A stretch of DNA of 64,000 bases, from positions 1,426,001 to 1,490,000 of the forward strand of contig CM119371.1 of NCBI GenBank assembly GCA_051294905.1. Reading direction: 5' to 3'. Made by a program: the position numbers and the translations under genes. The notes below the pieces were generated by a model that was given only the letters and a program-made list of their open reading frames with translations, was not told the DNA's origin and ran no database searches. Shown one piece after another: positions 58,588 to 64,000 of the stretch (position 1 is its first letter; every line of letters starts with the position of its first letter). This DNA comes from Botryllus schlosseri (lineage: Eukaryota).

Positions 58588-60170
58588 TTAATAAATTTCA
58601 ATTGGCTCTGTGTCGGCCTCTACTGGTAGGAATTGAGCCGAATTTGGTGTGCAGCGTTTTTTAGGCAACCTAACAAATGTGTTGTGAACCACTGGCCTGT
58701 GACTCTGTCGATTCCCTTAATCGTATTGGTGTATTCATTAAACATGTTGAAGAAGATGCATTCGAAATAATACACCTGACACCTATTACACACAAAATCA
58801 TCGTCAAGCGATTTCACCCAAAAGGTTTCCAAAAAAAAAACAGGCTGGGGAAGGATGAACTAGGCGAATATTAGAGACTGCGAATTCTCCCATTGCATAC
58901 TATGGGTTAGTTTTGTAACATCTGACGTGGTCAGTGATGAAGTATTTTTACTTTTGGTCAGGGTTGTAACCTAGTCACAAGGTTCCGGGTCGCAAGTCAA
59001 TCTCACTTTTATAGTTCTGACTCGAGTCAAGTTGATTCATTTTCAATTCACCACCGAGTCAAGTCCGAGTCCAAGTCAGCGAGAAAAGGGTCTAATCTTG
59101 TTCAATCCACTTTTTTAATAACTGTTCGGTGATATCGAGCGGTTCGCATTTATAATATACTAATTTTTCTCACTTTTAACAGTTTATGATCGCATTTTCA
59201 AGTACCGCTAACAATAAACGAAATACCAATCGCGTGGTTAATGTCAGTCTTGGCTACCTAAATCTCGAGTCATATGACTTCGTCAAAGTAATACAGAATG
59301 ACTCGACTCTAAGTCGAGTCATTACGCAGATTGACTCGAGTCGAGCTGTTTCCGTACTTTGAGAAAATGACTCGAGTCAATTTGAGTCATCAGAAAATCG
59401 TAACTCGAGTCATTTTGGTAATGCTCAAGTACAGGTAGATTTGTCTAGTTGCACTATCAACTCAATTCGTTATGATTTTAGACTGCTACCACTTGTACTT
59501 CACAGTTTCGTGTAAAACTGGCCTACCTACTTCTCAAACTTGATGATTTGTCAAGTGCAAGGTAGTTTGAACGAGCTTGCGTGATTTTAATCAGCTACAT
59601 TGGCATGACACATGGGCGGAATACAACTGCCTCACCGACACCAAATATATTTTTGAAAATTGGTCGTGTCATTTGTCATGCTACGTTACTCACGAAGATG
59701 CACATGCAATTCTTGAAATTATCCAACTTCGATACTCGTTAGAATCATGTAACACGTCCAACAAATTGACTTTTTTCAACTGCTTACTCGTGTAGGCCTA
59801 CTTGGCATATACATTGAAAATCTATTTGAAATCGAGTAGAAATTTACGGAGATCTTCCACCTCAATTCCAATTTCTTCCTTGGCTACTAAGATCACCAAG
59901 TAACATACCGTACAGTTTTCCAGTTGTATGTTCAATCTTGCGGACCCTTATTTTTCGCATCAAGGTCAAGGACTGCGTCACGAACATTGCTCACCATGCT
60001 AGTGATAAGAAGAGGCATCAGTCTACACCACACAAGAACCGCGCACAATAGATTGATACTGCCAATCTAGATAGTTGACGGTATACCAACTACAGGCTTT
60101 TTATAGTAGGTCTAGTTTTAGTTTTAGTTGCAGGGTTTAAAATGTGAGTAGTCCTGGTTGTAGATTTTAG

Positions 60171-60412
60171 ATATAAAAATCCAGAGCTTACACAAGACTC
60201 GCGGACTGCCGACCAGTGATGCAATGAAACGCATGTTACAAAATAAGCTCTACCTTGGCATCGTAAATCTGGACATGCACCGAAAAAGCCTCGGCCAAAA
60301 CGTTTTCCGAAAATTGACATATTTCGAACAAATAATCCAGTCGTCCTTCGCGAACATCGTTAGACGTCTTGGCATCGCCTTTCTTCTCGAACTTAAAGCA
60401 AACAAGAACTAA
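60171..60412 (+). CDS. Candidate terminal coding exon of an unidentified gene
   Basis: Acceptor GATTTTAG, then an open frame IKIQSLHKTRGLPTSDAMKRMLQNKLYLG...ELKANKN-stop (about 80 aa); upstream exons not resolved. Confidence 0.3.
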
Positions 60413-60631
60413 GACCAAGCACACACAGCATGGCTCGAAATGACGTTTTGCTTTTCTCGTATGGGTGTAGCTATTTTCCTAATGTCGCCGATTACGGTAT
60501 ACTGCTTGAGTAGCAGTATCTCGGAAACTATGATGAAGTGAGAGACAAGGCGCTAATTTTCTTTTGTATAATCCTATAACGTTGAATTGCATAAAATTTC
60601 GGGGCAGTTTCATGCTATCTGGAACAATGAG

Positions 60632-61089
60632 TAGGGCTGGGCAAAATATCGAGTACCTGAGTGTTTCGATTCTGAATCACGTATTACGCTTCGAGACGAG
60701 TCGAGTATTCGACTATCACTCATTATGACGGCACAACAGAATGTACCTTTCATGCGACCACAAATAACATAATGTCTGTTATCGGTCACAGTGAAGATAC
60801 TTCGGTATTTTTTCGCCCATACCGATTCCATTGCAGTTTTTGGCAATGTTGTCGGAGGATCATGACTTCGGAAATGTGTTATTTTCAGTAACATTCGTAG
60901 CTCCGTACTATTTTGCGTATGCCACGACATGGCCATTCCAATCAAGTTTTCAAGGCTTCCTTAGTGGAAATAGCATCAAAACTATAATTATTGTTGGTAA
61001 ATTAACTTTCAAATGCGAGAAGCGTATGATACCAGTACTGGATTAAATCGTATTTTACTACTCGACTAGAATCATTGTGCCCAGCCATA
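60632..61089. mobile_element. hAT MITE, TAGGGCTG-ended family
   Basis: TAGGGCTGGGCAAAA...TGCCCAGCCATA; TSD ACAATGAG/ACAATGCG. Confidence 0.85.
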
Positions 61090-62219
61090 ACAATGCGTAT
61101 AATAATTGTGAGGGAGGTATAGAGCAGACAACTAGATCGATAAAAATGGCAACGCAATTACTTCTTCTGCGACCACAACATAGTATAAGGCTAGAGCTAG
61201 GATGGCATTGACTCAACTTGAGTCGGACTCGAGTCATTATCTTGGATATACAAAATGACTCGACCCGCGCTTGGATCATTGTGCATTCCTCGGCCATGGT
61301 TTTAAGACTCGTGTATTAGTACCGATACTTGGAAAATAGGCAGAGAGACTGTGTTTATCTCTATTTATAAACATGATAGGAGTGAGAAGAATGACTAGTG
61401 GTTGTTACTGGTAGTGGCGAGAAAACGCAAATATTTTGCTCTGAAATCATTGGTTTGTCAAAAAATATAATTCATAATTTACTCACCTTTCACCTCCTCA
61501 TATTTCATTCGGACATTGATGTTTGTCAGATTCCGACCGATCGATTGAGACTGTCGTGCAAACGTCTTTTACGAAAAAAATTCTGATGCACCAGAAGAAC
61601 AGCCTTTCAAATGAGATGTATGTATGAAGATCTTGTGATTGCAATCAACTGTAATATAATCAGAAGCGGTTGTATAAATTAGATTTAGTAAATCTATCTA
61701 GACATAGAAAGCACAGTACTCGGCTATATTGATCTATTTCCTATAGTTTACGGGCACAAATGATCAAGATGTCCTAGATGTTACTCAGGTAGAAGTAACG
61801 TCATACATTTCCACTCATGCACAATTCTAATTACAGTATGTTAGTTAAAAGGTAAATGCCAGTTTTGCCCAGAAACTGAAAGCTGTTCATGTAGTTTAAA
61901 AAGACCAAAATTATAACCACTCCGATAATTAGTGCTAGTATGCAAAACCTATTTTGGATTTTATCACCGTCAAAAATTAAAATGACTTCATTACTGACCA
62001 CCACTGCGTGCATAGGACCAGAAACAGTTTTCTAGTTTATTTCATGTCCAAGTTTAGCAGTGTGTGCTTGAAACGAGATGAAATATATTTTGAATATCGG
62101 ATGCAGCATTGGCATTATCAGCGAATGTGTAGTTTGATCGGTAGCTGATGAAATATCCAGTAATGGTCAGGCTCTAGTTCAACACACAATGGCAGGGGGC
62201 AGACTTGTACACTCTACTC

Positions 62220-62790
62220 ATTTTCCAAACTAGCAACTAGAACTACTTATTTTTCAAAACTAGAAACTAGAACTACTTAATTTTCAAAACTAGTAACTGG
62301 AATTACTCATTTTTTAAATTCGCCACTAGAAATGAAAATATAATTACTCAATTTTTAAAAATTAGCAATTTCAGTTAATCTGGAACTACGCTCTTTTCAA
62401 AATCCGTAACTGGAACCGGAACTACTTGATATTCAAAACTAGTAACTGAAATTATACATTTTTAAAAATTCGCCACTAGAAATAAAAATAATAATTATCA
62501 ATTTTTAAAAAATTAGCAATTTGAGATATAACTGGAACTACGCTCTTTTCAAAATCCGTAACTAAAACTGGAACTACTTAATTTTCTAAACTAGTGACTG
62601 GAATTACTCATTTTTTTAAATCCGCCACTAGAAATATAAATATAATTGCTCAATTTTTTTAAAAATTGCTATTTGAATTAGACTGGAACTACGTTCTTTT
62701 CAAAATCTGTAAATAGAACTGGAACTAGAACTACTTAATTTTCAAAACTAGCAACTAAAATTACTCATTTTTAAAATTCACCACTAGAAA
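62220..62790. repeat. Tandem repeat with about 150-bp period (about 3.5 units) built from TTTTCAAAACTAG.AACT(A/G)GAACTAC subunits
   Basis: Unit starts near 62281, 62430, 62582 and 62739. Confidence 0.85.
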
Positions 62791-64000
62791 TAGAAATACG
62801 AATGCACATTTCCTTGTAATTGCAGCTTCAACATTATTTGTTACATTTTTTCATTATCAGAAAACAGATTGCCACGATTCCAGAATGATAGCAATTACTT
62901 CTCAACTCTGCATGTCTAGAAGCAGACTTGGACAAAAAGAAAATTTTCATCTTCTCCGAATTAGATCAGAATTAGAATTAGAGCTACGCAAGGTTCTCCA
63001 AATTAGATTAGAATTAGAATTAAAGGTACACAGCTTTTTTCAAATGAGATAAGAATTGGATAACTGAATTCACAGAAACTTGGCAATTGAATAAAATTGT
63101 GAATGGGAAATGAATACTGTAAAAATCAGTTTATATCAAATCACTGTGCATTCCATAACCATGAGAATAGTTATCGTCTATAGCCTTACAGCAAGCTTGG
63201 TTCGTTTTCTACTATACCAGGGGTCACCGCAATCGCCGACGTCGATCTGATTTGAGATTTTGAAAGTACTAGAAATAAAGCATTTTGAAATGCTAAAATT
63301 GATTTCAGTTTTAAACTATTGTGGTTGTTTCAAAATAAGCCATTCACATGTGCCCAACAACACTACTCCACACTAGCTGAAACGGCTTCTGCGATGGCAA
63401 CAGCATTCCATCGAGGGATATCTGCTTATATCAATAAGCATATTGCCTTGACATGCAATGGCTCAAACACTGCCAAGACAGAGACGCATAGAAAGTGGCC
63501 CACAAGATCAATCTTTAGGATGAGATAGTCTTTCAGATTAGATTAAAATTAGATTGCTGGCATTTCGCTCATTTCTGCCTAGAAGTTTCATAATGAAAGG
63601 TGTTGATAGAGAAAACACACTTCAAGTGTTTGTGAAGCAAAGTGATCTCTTTACAATCCAGTGATCAACTCTCTTTACGATTTTTGTGGATAGGCTTTGC
63701 TCATGCCACTTTGCTAACACACAATCAAAATGACAAATCCTATTACCGGTGCAATATTTTATATCCCAGCAAACACAAAACCGTAAAAGGATCATCCGGG
63801 ATCATCTCGATTAGGTTCTGATTTTCTAAGTGTCGAGGGAATGTCTAAAATACGTAGTAGGATGGTCTTGTGGTTATATTCAATCAGAATAAATTCATAC
63901 TCGGTGTTGTTCCATCTCATGCATTAGACTTCGTTATATCCGGTAGTTAACCTAATAATGCAAATTTTCTATCTCTCGCGGGTACGACTAAAATACGTAG

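Noticed and set aside
61831-62013. Hydrophobic minus-strand ORF resembling a type II membrane protein N-terminus
   Set aside because: Only 60 aa, with no supporting exons or motif; AT-rich DNA readily yields such frames.
62220-62790. CRISPR-like array
   Set aside because: The whole unit is repeated with no unique spacers; eukaryotic context; no cas genes.

Overview
AT-rich, intron-containing animal genomic DNA. Short introns, an expanded-type NLR gene and dense hAT MITEs suggest a marine invertebrate, possibly an ascidian; that is inference only. No prokaryotic features (operons, CRISPR) and no intact tRNA/rRNA genes were seen. Host genes: an NLR (NACHT + LRR) on the minus strand (exons 12712-11171 and 10526-10216), a probably decayed multi-exon gene (4711-695, minus) and weaker gene fragments. 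Most of the window is transposon-derived. (1) An intact BEL/Pao LTR retrotransposon (47848-54933) with apparently identical 411-bp LTRs. (2) An RT-less, integrase-less LTR element (19971-21854) whose primer-binding site is complementary to nt 1-12 of a tRNA 5' end instead of a tRNA 3' CCA end; the matching tRNA-like 15-mer occurs at 40907. (3) A 1.1-kb foldback element (15289-16411; 8-bp TSD) whose arms are head-to-head TTAGGG/CCCTAA-type arrays built around a 14-bp palindrome. (4) A decayed Gypsy-like element with a possibly ~3-kb LTR. (5) About 15 hAT MITEs with verifiable 8-bp TSDs, some nested three deep, plus LINE 3' ends and SINEs. All alignments and translations outside the supplied ORF track were done by eye.
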